Shown: positions 51,601 through 63,092 of the stretch, piece after piece
How the letters are laid out: every line of letters begins with the position of its first letter
Numbering within the stretch: the first letter of the stretch is position 1
Origin: Lingula anatina
Lineage: Eukaryota; Animalia; Brachiopoda
DNA length: 64,000 nt
Assembly: GCA_051362555.1 (NCBI GenBank)
Contig: CM120641.1
Location: 33,672,401-33,736,400 of the forward strand
Direction of reading: 5' to 3'
Notes under the pieces: model-generated
Databases searched by the model: none
Told to the model about the DNA's origin: nothing
Seen by the model: the letters and a program-made list of their open reading frames with translations, nothing else
Translations under genes and position numbers: made by a program

Positions 51601-53680
51601 AAATGACAGTTATGAAAAATGTTTGGAAGTACCTGTCACCTTCGCCACAGTAACCATATGGGCTGTGATGCCCCCCCCCACCACAGGCGACACCTTGCGG
51701 AGCAAGCGTGCGTAATCCAGGGTGCAACTGAAAATAACCTTGACGCGCGACCTTATTTTAAGGTCACATTTAGATTGCCAGTATATGACTTCCTATTCAA
51801 CTTCAATAGTAACTATGGACCTATCTCTGCCAGTTTTGGAGATAAAAGGGAAGCAAAATTTGAAAAGTTCAGTTCATGGTGAAAAGTAGGTCAAAGGTCA
51901 ATTTCAAGGTCACATATAGATTGCCAGTATATGACTTCCTATTCAACTTCAATAGTAACTATGGACCTATCTCTGCCAGTTTTGGAGATAAAAGGGAACC
52001 AAAATTTGCAAAGTTCAGTTCATGGTGAAAAGTAGGTCAAAGGTCAATTTCAAGGTCACATTTAGATTGCCAGTATATGACTTCATATTCAACTTCAATA
52101 GTAACTATGGACCTATCTCTGCCAGTTTTGGAGATAAAAGGGAAGCAAAATTTGCAAAGTTCAGTTCATGGTGAAAAGTAGGTCAAAGGTCAATTTCAAG
52201 GTCACATTTAGATTGCCAATATATGACTTCCTTTTCAAGTTCAATAGTAACTATGGACCTATCTCTGCCAGTTTTGGAGTTAAAAGGGAAGCAAAATTTG
52301 AAAAGTTCAGTTCATGGTGAAAAGTAGGTCAAAGGTCAATTTCAAGGTCACATATAGATTGCCAGTATATGACTTCATATTCAACTTCAATAATAACTAT
52401 GGACCTATCTCTGCCAGTTTTGGAGATAAAAGGGAAGCAAAATTTGCAAAGTTCAGTTCATGGTGAAAAGTAGGTCAAAGGTCAATTTCAAGGTCACATT
52501 TAGATTGCCAATATATGACTTCCTTTTCAAGTTCAATAGTAACTATGGACCTATCTCTGCCAGTTTTGGAGATAAAAGGGAAGCAAAATTTGCAAAGTTC
52601 AGTTCATGGTGAAAAGTAGGTCAAAGGTCAATTTCAAGGTCACAGTAAGATTGCCAGTATATGACTTCCTATTCAACTTCAATAGTAACTATAAACCTAT
52701 CTCTGCCAGTTTTGGAGAAATAAGGGACTAAGTGTTATAATTTTGGAGTTACCATAATGTGCCATAAATTTCCTACAGAAGAAATTAATTAAAAATAAAG
52801 AAAAGGTCATTTTGGTCAAAATTCTTGAAATGGGAGGTGCTCTGAAGTTCCAGATGTTCAAATTTGATGAAATTATGTCATTTTTGACCACAAGTTGTCT
52901 GCTTTGCCAAGCCTTATGTTTTATTTTTCCGGAGTTCAAAATTTATTATCCATTACCTTACTGCACATTTTGCTTTCACCACCAATATGTACTTTTTGAT
53001 ACAGTGTAACTCGAAAACCGTATGGAATACAAAAAAAACGAGACCACCTCCATTGTTGGGCTTTACATGCTCTACAAAATGCCAAAAAGAATGGGTCTCT
53101 AGCATTAACGGTTCCCGAATTAGAGACAGTTTTCAGTTTCGGTATCTTATGGCCGCTACTCCCGTGAAAATGCACCGATTGACCCCAAATTCACGGAGAT
53201 GAAAGATGACCTGAAGGGTAACACTTTCCAATAATATTATTGGTTAAGTCTGTGTGGTGTCTGAATAACAGGGCAAATAATTTTTTTTTCGTAAAAAAAT
53301 TAATTTTTTTGAAAATTTTGGCCCTTTTGATCTTGAAATAAAGGTCAAAGGTCAAATCCAAGGGCATATTTGAAATCTACACATATGACTTTTGGAAAGC
53401 CGTCTGTAGAAATTTTTCCCATAATTCCTTCCGTAGGGTAGATAATTAGCATTTAATTTTGCCATTTTTAGACAAGGGTGCATTGCAATGAGTGCCACAC
53501 CTAGACCCCAAAACCGACAAAGCCCAAATTTTACGTGGAACGAGTTGAGATTATAGGTGACCTAAATCCAAGAGATGGGTACGGGGGCCCTTACCGTCTA
53601 GGAGGAGAAGCGGAGCCGGCGGAACAATCCGGACGGGACTAAAACCATGTGTACCGCCAGCGCTAACGCTGGTGGTACAA
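48637..53680 (-). mobile_element. HINE family A copy (about 9 monomers) interrupted in its array
   Basis: Both termini present. Arrays at 48835-49145 and 51755-52730. Confidence 0.9.
49146..51754 (+). mobile_element. ISL2EU-like DNA transposon derivative (2609 bp) with decayed SAP/SWIM gene
   Basis: 2-bp AT TSD inside the monomer (ggtca-AT|...|AT-tttaagg), AA..TT ends. Exon 49253-49409 LTKNDVPGAKL...MKR(W)L..LIAR is SAP-like. 50261-50437 ILASM..KYTVTV...VKAARCHC is SWIM-like. Confidence 0.62.
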
Positions 53681-54336
53681 GTAGACTAGAGCTGTGTGAG
53701 TGGCTCAATTTAGCAAGAGGAACACTTCTTCTGGGAATGCATATTCACCACAGAGTGTTGCAAACAGTGTAACACAGAAGACTTTTCAGAGTGTCATGAA
53801 GAGTTTTAGGCAAGACACTTGGCAAACTTGAATCCTGTTTTTGCTAGTCCTGGCATTACGGATTCATTTAAGTGCATAAAACTATGTCAGGATGAATAAA
53901 TACTTACTTATACAGATGCATGTAAGGTTCACAACAAATTATGAACATCAAAACAACACACAGGACAGGGGCGGATTTAGGCTGTCTTCTGGGTCTTCTG
54001 GAAGATGGTCAGATTTTCAAGTTTACATTGATGGGTATCTCCTTTTTTTCTGTTGGAAGACTGTCAAAAATGGAGGATGGTTCAACAAAGATTATCTGGA
54101 AGACTGTCAAAAAATAGCTCTTGATCTGCCACTGCAGGAAACTCACAACACGACACAAAAGTCAACTCCACACACAAAAGTCACAACACCAAACAAACTC
54201 ATAATACCAAAAAAACCCCCAATGAACAGAGAGAACTAGGATCAAGTGCTTTAAACACAAAGACTAGCTAACCTGAGTATCATGCATTTTTGCACTACAT
54301 GACCATGCAATCTTGACCCACTTCAGTGACCATTAA

Positions 54337-55326
54337 AGACAGTCTCAGCGCGTTAAACCCTTAAAATAGCACGAAAATGAATTTTCCTGGAAATCTCACC
54401 AATTTCCCCATAATGACCAAGGTATATCCTATCCAAAACCGTTGAGAAAATGAACCTACCTAATACCGTTTTTAAGTTCCATTAAATAATAAAAGACGAC
54501 TCGTCTTAAATACTCAGCTACCACCTCACAGTACGGCTTCAGAACGCGCAATTTCTCGCTAAGTCTCGCGGTTTACTATGAATGAAGTACTACGGCTGAG
54601 ACCCGGATGTTACTATTTGGCGCCAAAACAGCAAACATGGCTCAGACGCGCGTCAAGTCTGAAGAGGAGAGCGACAAAAGGGGACGAAAGAAAATAGCCA
54701 CTCCAGTTCGAAAGATACGAAAGAAAATTAGAGACAGACGAAGAAGCACTCAGACTGTGTATGTTGGGAGGGAGGTGGGGCGGTGGAGGACACTTAAGCT
54801 GAGTTAGGACTCACATACGAGGCAATGGCGAAACTACTCCTCGACACGTGAGTATGCGCTTCACAGGTCTCAAGTGTGTCTGATTATCATATTATCCTGT
54901 TCACAATAAATGACAATATTTGTGCTCATACAAAGTTGGTTACGTGTATAAGAGCGTTTTGGGCTTTACGTTGTCTATTTTTGATCGGTACATGTACCGA
55001 AAAGATGGACAGGCGGCACTTACATGTCTGACAAGTTTCGCTGTGTAGTCGTGACGTCTATCTCATTCTGACTGAAGCCTGCTGTGATTGGTCGTAAGCG
55101 TGGGAAAATCGAGGTCGTGACCTTGAGCCGGAAGTACTTCTGGCTGTGCTCCGAAATCATGATAAATAGTTTTCGTTTTCTAATTCTTTATTCTAGTTGT
55201 CTTAACAGGACTTTTGTGACCCAGACTTATTAATATAATAATAAACAATCTCACAAAACACAAATCTGATCAAAGCTTTACATAGAACCTGCTTCTATAC
55301 ATTAATCTAACCCACTGAGACTGTCT
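54337..55326 (+). mobile_element. Kolobok non-autonomous element (990 bp) retaining transposase exon 1
   Basis: TTAA TSD, TIR agacagtctcag.g.gtta. 54637-54847 MAQTR...TVYVGREVGRWRTLK/LGLTYEAMAKLLLD|gtgagt (one frameshift) resembles the Kolobok N-terminal RVNIG..F.RWR.LK..GL..A.FLLD motif. Confidence 0.85.
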
Positions 55327-55341
55327 TTAAAGAATAATTAA

Positions 55342-55659
55342 AGGGATAATAACTCTTCGTTATGAATTTTCCTGGAGTAAACAACAATTTTCCCATACTT
55401 ACAAATAGTTAATGAATCCATTTTTACATTCAAAGTTAGTCCCTGGTTTTTTTCTAAAAAGTTTGGTTTTTTGTTAAAATCTCTTAAGTATAACCATCAA
55501 TGGAGGTCACGTGGTCTAAAGACAAGCTCAGATATCAGAATAATAGCTATAAATGTAACTGCCGTTTTTATGGTAAAACAGAATATATTATATTTCTAAG
55601 AGTTATTCACAATGTTTTTATTGTGAAATATAGATCTCATAAGAAGAGTTATTATCCCT
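55342..55659. mobile_element. Kolobok-type MITE (318 bp)
   Basis: Perfect 17-bp TIR agggataataactcttc, TTAA TSD. Confidence 0.88.
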
Positions 55660-55689
55660 TTAATCAATCATCAAGCTCACAAATTAAAG

Positions 55690-57310
55690 AATAGATCGAG
55701 GCAGTTCCAATGAGCTTGCTCCAGCCCTTCAAGATGTAAAGTTTGTGTCTTACTTTTTTCCACTATAACCCTTAATCAAGATTTCAGATTTAGCTGTGCA
55801 AGTGTTGGGTCACCAATTATGTAAGGTACACATGTACAGTCCTTGTAGAAAAAATAACATAATGAAGAACAAAAAGTCCAGTACTAGTGTCATTTTCTGA
55901 ATCTATTCCTAAAATCAACCAATCCCAGCTACATTTGAGGATTGCCAATTATTTAAAAAACGTGTTTTCTTTCAAGTCCTGGATGGTTATGAGATATTCA
56001 GGCATCAGTCTCAACTGCAGAAATTGTAAACTATAAACATGACTTAAACGATTTAACATCCAGAAGCAACATACATATGATTTCTGGATGTTTAGCCTGA
56101 AAAGTGTCTTAAAGTTAGCTGGAAATGGCTTAAGGCCCTTTGATTGATTAGCCTCATTTTCTTCAATGTCCAAGCATGACTCATTGGTGAAACATAGGTT
56201 CAAAGTTTGTCCCTTAGATCAAAAATGAACAAACAAAGAATTTCCAGATTCAATTTTTCATTACGGTAATGTGCCAAGCATTTCGACAGGCCCAGTCAAT
56301 CCGACCACTAAAATTATTTTATAAAATTAATTTTTCTGGGCTCAAACATTTAGTCCATACATCAAAACCATGCGACAGAATTTTTTTCTTGTTCCAATTG
56401 TTCGACCACATCGTCGGCAAGAATTTTCAAGCCAGTGAAATAGATGCTGCATGCCTCGGCCCTTTGTCAATTGTTGTCCTTTCAATAGCTCTCGTCAATG
56501 AGGAAGAAACAATTAATTGAAGATCTAATCTGGAAGCATGACGTACCTGTCATTTCCTTTGTCCCCGATGACAATAATAGTGCTTATAGACATACAAATT
56601 GTGCTAATTAAACAGACTTGCCCTCGCTGACTGATTCATGACTGGGGAGGGGGGGTTTAAAAAAAGGTCTATTCTAAATGAAACCAAATCTCGACAGTGG
56701 GTAGAATACGCCGTAAACAACTTCATACAGACCATATATAGCGTTTGCTAGCAATAAAAAGTTTGGGAAGAATAAGCAATTTATTTTCAAGTTCGACTGA
56801 AATATATATGCAGATGGGGAAACATTCTTGAAGTCAACACAGCAAGATCAGCGGGATTGACCGCCCAGACTTCTTGGTGCCAAATACCACGCGCTGTCAA
56901 AATCTGACAAACACGTGTAGCTGTTCACCTACATGGATAACTGGTTTGTCAACAATAGATATGACGTCTACCTTAACTCCATGGGAGCTTCATAGAGTGT
57001 TAAACTGGGTATTTACATTACCTGTGAGTCACTTTCTATTTCCCCAGATACATGAAATGTTGATAATATATAGCGTAATCCACGAAGAACTCCATTCCTG
57101 TGACCTCCTCCCCAAAATGGGACCGTCTTCATTAACATGTGTTTTGCGCTATGCTGGAGCAGACCAGATAAGACCAGTCTATCATTCCTGCATGTGCTCA
57201 ATTCTCACGTCAAATTATAAATGCACCTGTTTTGTGAAAATTATGGCAATTAAATGCTTTTTTACCTTCGGGTTGTATCAGTGGGGTTTTCAATATGCAC
57301 CGTGGTTTGT
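55690..57310 (-). pseudogene. Decayed spliced HECT-like (G2E3-type) cargo gene
   Basis: Fragments TV.F.GEE.TG.GVLR, KGLKPFPANFKTLF and YIIGDPTL...LELP occur in HECT order, with frameshifts. Confidence 0.38.
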
Positions 57311-57447
57311 GCACAGCGAGAGTATATAAGTAAGAAAATCGGAAGAGTGCCAGCAAGATACTGTTTGTATATCGGCACAGGTAAGCTCCGTATTTTGCCT
57401 TTTCTCAATATGTTTTAATATGACATGCTTTTAAATAAAATACTTAA

Positions 57448-58078
57448 AGCAATAATAACTCTTCCTTTGAGATTCAAAATTCCGCATGAAATACATTGTA
57501 AACAACGCATGGAAATATATTCTATTGTATTTTACCACTAAAACGGCCGTTATTGCAGTAAAACTAAAATCTGTGCTTGTCAATAGGGCTTTCGATGCTT
57601 TTCTTCCCGGTCATCAAGGCATTCGTTGCTAATGACGTAATGGTGTCACGCGGATTCTCGCGTTCATTCGAGACCAAAATAACATATGGCGCCAAACGCA
57701 TTAATGCAGACGCAGACGTAAGTTGCGAGTTTTTGTACAGTGCGTCGGATAACGAAAAGCCCAGAATGACACACATTGTGGATATTAATGTATTTTTAAC
57801 AAAAAGACGAATATATCTCATGTATCTTATATAGTGTTGTTGTTGTCTGCTTTTCCAGCAGTTCTAAGTAGGTCAACAGTGACTATGCGATGTCAGAGAG
57901 AGCTCCGTCAGTTAAAATCTCTTAAGAGATTTTAACAAAAAACCGTACGTTTAGGAAAAAAACCCTGGATTAACTTTGAATGCAGGAATGGGGTCGCTGA
58001 CCATTGGTAAGTACGGGAAAATTGCCGTTTACTCCAGGAAAATCCAATTTTTGGCCAAAATGAAGAGTTATTATGACT
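57448..58078. mobile_element. Kolobok-type MITE (631 bp), relative of the 55342 element in the opposite orientation
   Basis: TTAA TSD, TIR ag..ataataactcttc. 57920-58050 is the reverse complement of 55365-55490. Confidence 0.85.
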
Positions 58079-59966
58079 TTAAAAGTAATTTGAAGTTACA
58101 CTGATTTCCGTTTGAGTACCAGTTGGTATTCTTTGATACGGGTGATTGAATTTTCTTCAGAAGTAAGTACGTCTACGCCTCGACGCTAAGCAAGCCTTGC
58201 GGGTTGAAAACAACTGATCTCAGACTGGTAAAAGTTTCAATTCGGTTGATTTCAGTTGTCATATTTAAATTCAAATAGGGCGTATGTAGATCACACAACT
58301 AGTTTAAGTCCATTAAAGCTACCGGTTTCAAATAAAAGTGACCGGCCTTTGTTTACAACACCTGTCTCCGGGGAAATACTCGTCCCACTTGTGAAGCACA
58401 TCATGAAAATGATCGTAGGTGAGAGAAAAATATAATTAGAAATTATAATTGTCGTCTTTTTTAATGTTTAGTAATGTTAGCACATATTGTACACAGCAAA
58501 ATCAGATTTCAGAAGGAGGATAAAACATGCCTGAAACACGTGTTAGGCGAAAATTGCGGCTTATCTTGCGTAACACTTCCGGAAAAATGCAATACTTCCG
58601 GAAAGATGGACATTTTGGCAGATGCCCCTAACAATCCGACGATGTCAAAGGTTTCCATTTGCTGTATTTTAATCAATTCGACGAAACTGACATTTCCATG
58701 AAATTAATTAATTAATCTTGGTCGAATTGTTTGGCATATTACCGTAATTCACATAATGCACAATTATCATAAAGAAATGAGCACAAAAAGAGGACTTAGA
58801 AACTGCTGAAAATAATCCTTTTGATGACATAGATCTGGATATTCATCAGACAAATGCCCTCTAGCAAGCACTTGAGTTCGAATAACCGTGTGATTTCCTT
58901 CAGCGCTCACTTCAAAGAAGTTGCAGACGCTGGACTCCTGTTTTACCATTCCGAATAGGCATTTTTGGATACGGATATCGCACCAATCACACCAATTTCC
59001 ATTTCCATGGATACTGAAAATACTACCTTTATCTCAAATGTCTGCTTCAGGGAAGCATGGAAGGAGCCACATGTATGGTTTTGGTTTGATGACCACAAAA
59101 AGTTTTGCTTTGTGACATTTTTATAGATATTTGCATTTCAAAACTCCATGGCAATCAGGACAAACAATTTTAAGACAAGTACTTAACAAGACATAGGCAA
59201 GGTTTTCCACTATGTCACTTGTTCTGTACACAGTTTATAATTGACAAATATTTATGATCATTCATTGCAGCCCTTCTCTTGATTTCAGTATGCACATTTC
59301 AATATGCACATTGAAGTTTGTGATGACTTTACTACAGTGCCAATAAATATTATCATACAGTACATTGTGAACTTTTTTTGAGCCAGTATAAATTTGAATG
59401 GTAATAGGAATTTTAATTAAAACAATTCTTATTTCTGATTCAATATCAGAACCTGAAATTTCTATTAATTTGGACATGCTGGTAAAATATACTAATATAC
59501 AATTTACCTCACAATTTTTGAAAATAGCCAACCATATTTGTCATAATGGGCTAAAATAGCCCACGCTTTTGGAGTTCCAACGTGACTTCTGTGACTTCTG
59601 TGTCGCGTTGTGAGCTCGTTTGGTGTTGTGAATTTCGTGTGAGGTGTCGTGAGTTTTGTGTGTGGTGTTGTGACTTTTGTGTGTGTGGTGTTGTGAGTTT
59701 GTTTGGTGTTGTGAGTGTCGTGCATATTGTGACCCTTACAGGGACCCATATAGCGCCCACCGAGATAGGTATATATCAAAATCCGCTAGGGGCGCTACAG
59801 TAGAACCTATCCAACCGTAGTGCTGAGGAAGCTGTTACCCGGCCTGCTCAGAGTTGGCAGATGACATTCCATTCAAAAATCTTTTATAGCGCTGTATTTA
59901 AATAAACCAATACAATCCATTTACTAACTAAGCTGGCAGCCAAAGGCTAAATTATGGTTACCTTAC

Positions 59967-59994
59967 CTTCCTGTGTTGCTATCTTTGAGAACAT
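59967..59994 (-). CDS. Candidate first exon of the host gene (MFSKIATQE+G), possibly just 5' UTR
   Basis: Strong donor GAAG|GTAAGG in non-repetitive sequence. Splicing to 46482 gives in-frame MFSKIATQEETK-MKAVQ. Confidence 0.45.
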
Positions 59995-60539
59995 TGATTT
60001 GCCGATGTTTTGAAGTTTTGCCTCTATGATTAGGTTTATTTTGGTGTAAAGCTGAGGGACTGTGGAAGTATTCTATTCACACATACTTGAATGAAGTCAA
60101 AAGTTGAAGATTTGCTGGCGATTCAAAAGGTCAAAGCAGACCCAAGTTTTTACTAATGCCAACATCAACTTGGTTTGAATGGAATAGAATAGTTGAACAT
60201 GAAAACTTGTCAAATATAGCATCATGCATTATTATTATTTTACTTATTGCCATCTTGATTGGGGTATGTAAAAGGAAGAAAAGTTCAAAGAATTGTCTTG
60301 CTATTGAATAAGTTACAGAACAGCAGTTCATTATTTTGCTTATCAAAGTATTATTATATTGTCCAAACAATTACAATGTCACATATGAAACCATATTGAC
60401 AAGTGTTTAATCACCAATGTTGTTTTTCTCACAATTAATTTTGAATGGGGAGATATAAAAATTATCAATCAGGTCAACCAAAAGGCTCTTATTTTGCCAT
60501 TTAAGTTTCAAATAAACTGCTGGAAATACTCTAAAATAA

Positions 60540-63090
60540 TAACAAGGCAGCAAAGCTGTCAAATGTACAGACAAAAAACAGAAAATAAAGATGCAAAATA
60601 GGTCATTTTGTCAATTTTGATGCAATAATAAATAATGCTTATAATAGCACAGTCAGTTAACACTGATTTTTAATCATGCACAACAGGTAACATGCTCAAT
60701 AACAGGAGCAGATCCAGAGGTATTTTCTGACAGTATTCCAAAGTATTTTTGTTGATCCATCCTCACCTTTTGATGGTCTTCCAACAGAAAAAAAATGATA
60801 CCAGTCAATGTAAACTTTAAAATCTGACCATCATCTGAAAGACCCAGAAGACGAATTCAATCCACCCCTGCAATAAGATTACAATTTTCTGGACCATGAG
60901 AGTTCAAATTCACATAATGAAAATCCCAATATTTGAAAAATGTTGACAGTGCATAAAATAATATTACATAATGTTTAAAGACATAAAAACCTATGCAACT
61001 GCTTCTGTGGGAATACAGAAAATCTGAAGAGGTTCAGGTGGATGGGAGTTGAAAATGCCAGTGTTAAGGAAAAAAATTAAAAAGAAAAAAAATCCAATAA
61101 AGCTGCTATTCGAACTTTTAATCTTGCTGTATTAACATGATATGAATAGCCCCAATGTGTTTGAGGATAATAAGGCACTGTTATTCATCTATAGCATTAA
61201 TCTTGGCATTACACAAATTTTTTTCTTTTGTAAACTTATTTGCAATAATAAACAACATTTACCTGCATAATTATCACCAATTCCTAATTATGTGACACAG
61301 TTAAGAGAGCTTAACCTATAGAAAATGGGTCATTTTGTCAATTTTGATGCAATAATAAATAATGCTTATAATAGCACTGTCAATCAACACTGAATTTTAA
61401 TCATGCACAACAGGTAACATGCTCAATAACAGGAGCAGATCCAGAGGTATTTTCTGACAGTTTTCCAAATTATATTTGTTGATCCATCCTCCACTTTTGA
61501 TGGTCTTCCAACGGAAAAAAATTGATACCAGTCAATGTAAACTTTAAAATCTGACCATCATCTGAAAGACCCAGAAGATGGCCTCAATCCACCCCTGCAA
61601 TAAGATTACAGTTTCTGGACCATGAGAGTTCAAATTCACATAATGAAAATCCCAATATTTGAAAAATGTTGACAGTGCATAAAATATTATTACATAATGT
61701 TTAAAGACATAAAAACCTATGCAACTGCTTATGTGGAAATACAGAAATCTGAAAAGCTTCAGGTGGATGGGAGTTGAAAATGCCAGTGTTTAGAAAAAAA
61801 ATTAAAAAGAAAACACAAAAATAAAAAAAAATTCCAATAAAGCTGCTATTCAAACTTTTAATCTTGCTGTATTAACATGATATGAATAACCCCAATGTGT
61901 TTGAGGATTATAAGGCACTGTTATTCATCTATAGCATTAATCTTGGCATTACACAAATTTTTTTCTTTTGTAAACTTATTTGCAATATTAAACAACATTT
62001 ACCTGCATAATTATCACCAATTCCTAATTATGTGACACAGTTAAGAGAGCTTAACCTATAGGACTTGAATGGGAAATCTCAACGTGTTTTATGTAATCTT
62101 TTTTAATGGGCACTTGAAAATTAATTAGGCAAGTAATTTTATAGCTCTGAATTTAGCTAGCGATTATCCCAAGGGACAATTACCACCATCCATAAACAGT
62201 AGCCCCATATAGCACTCTATAGAGCTGCATTGCTTCCAAAACAGAAAACAATCACACTGATTTCCAACACAAGCTACACTTCAGTCCTATGAAACTTTTC
62301 AGTAAGTTAGAATATCATAAGTAAAATGGTTTTTCCTTAATAGTCATCCCGGCAGCGATGTCCAAAATAGGGTTTTTTTCATGTTTTATGCAATTTAACA
62401 TAATGCTTAACAGCACAATGACCATCAATTTTCAATAATAAATTTAATGTATCATAGCTATTCAAAAAAAGTGACTAGCAATGGTATTCAAGCCAATGGA
62501 AGTTCAAAGACTAAGTCAAACCTTGAAAATGTCCATATGTGAAAATTTTAATTGTAACAAAAAACTATATAATTTCCAAGAAAGTCAACCGATATAACAG
62601 GTTATCCAACTGAATCTATAATTTAGTGCTATGCTACATTTCTGTAAGTTTGAGAAGAGTAAGTGACTTGGTTTTCCTTTAATGGTCACTATAGAGGCAT
62701 TGCCTAAAATGGGGTTGTCTTCAATTCTGATGCAATATTTCATAATGCTTAACAGCATAATGACCATCAATTTTTAATAATAAAATAAAGTATCATGGAT
62801 ATTCAGAAAATTTGACATGAAAAGGTCTTCAGGGCCATGGAAGTTCAGAGTCACAACTTCAAAATGCCAAAATGTACACAAGAGATAACTGTACTGAAAT
62901 GGATTTCTTTCCACTTTCAACACTTTTTTTTACATATATCAAAATAATCAATTTACTGTCGTTTTTAAATGATCAACTAAGAAAGTTGTTGATGACATAG
63001 GAAAAATATCAATAGAACAATTTTAAATGTCCAATTTGCTCCATTCTGAGATTCTGAACATGGTGAATGATTGAATCTGACAAATTAAAG
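60540..63090 (-). mobile_element. HINE family D with an internal ~730-bp tandem duplication
   Basis: Head aacaaggcagcaaagctgtc. 60598-61320 is repeated at 61326-62060. Confidence 0.85.
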
Positions 63091-63092
63091 AT

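Larger units (their letters stand above)
54135..59750 (-). mobile_element. IS3EU-like element remnant with (cacaacac)-rich subterminal repeats; left terminus lost
   Basis: Minus-strand terminus TATGGGTCCCTGTAAGGGTCAC (TAY..RTA type). About 21-bp CA-rich repeats lie inverted at 54138-54210 and 59600-59730. Confidence 0.5.
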
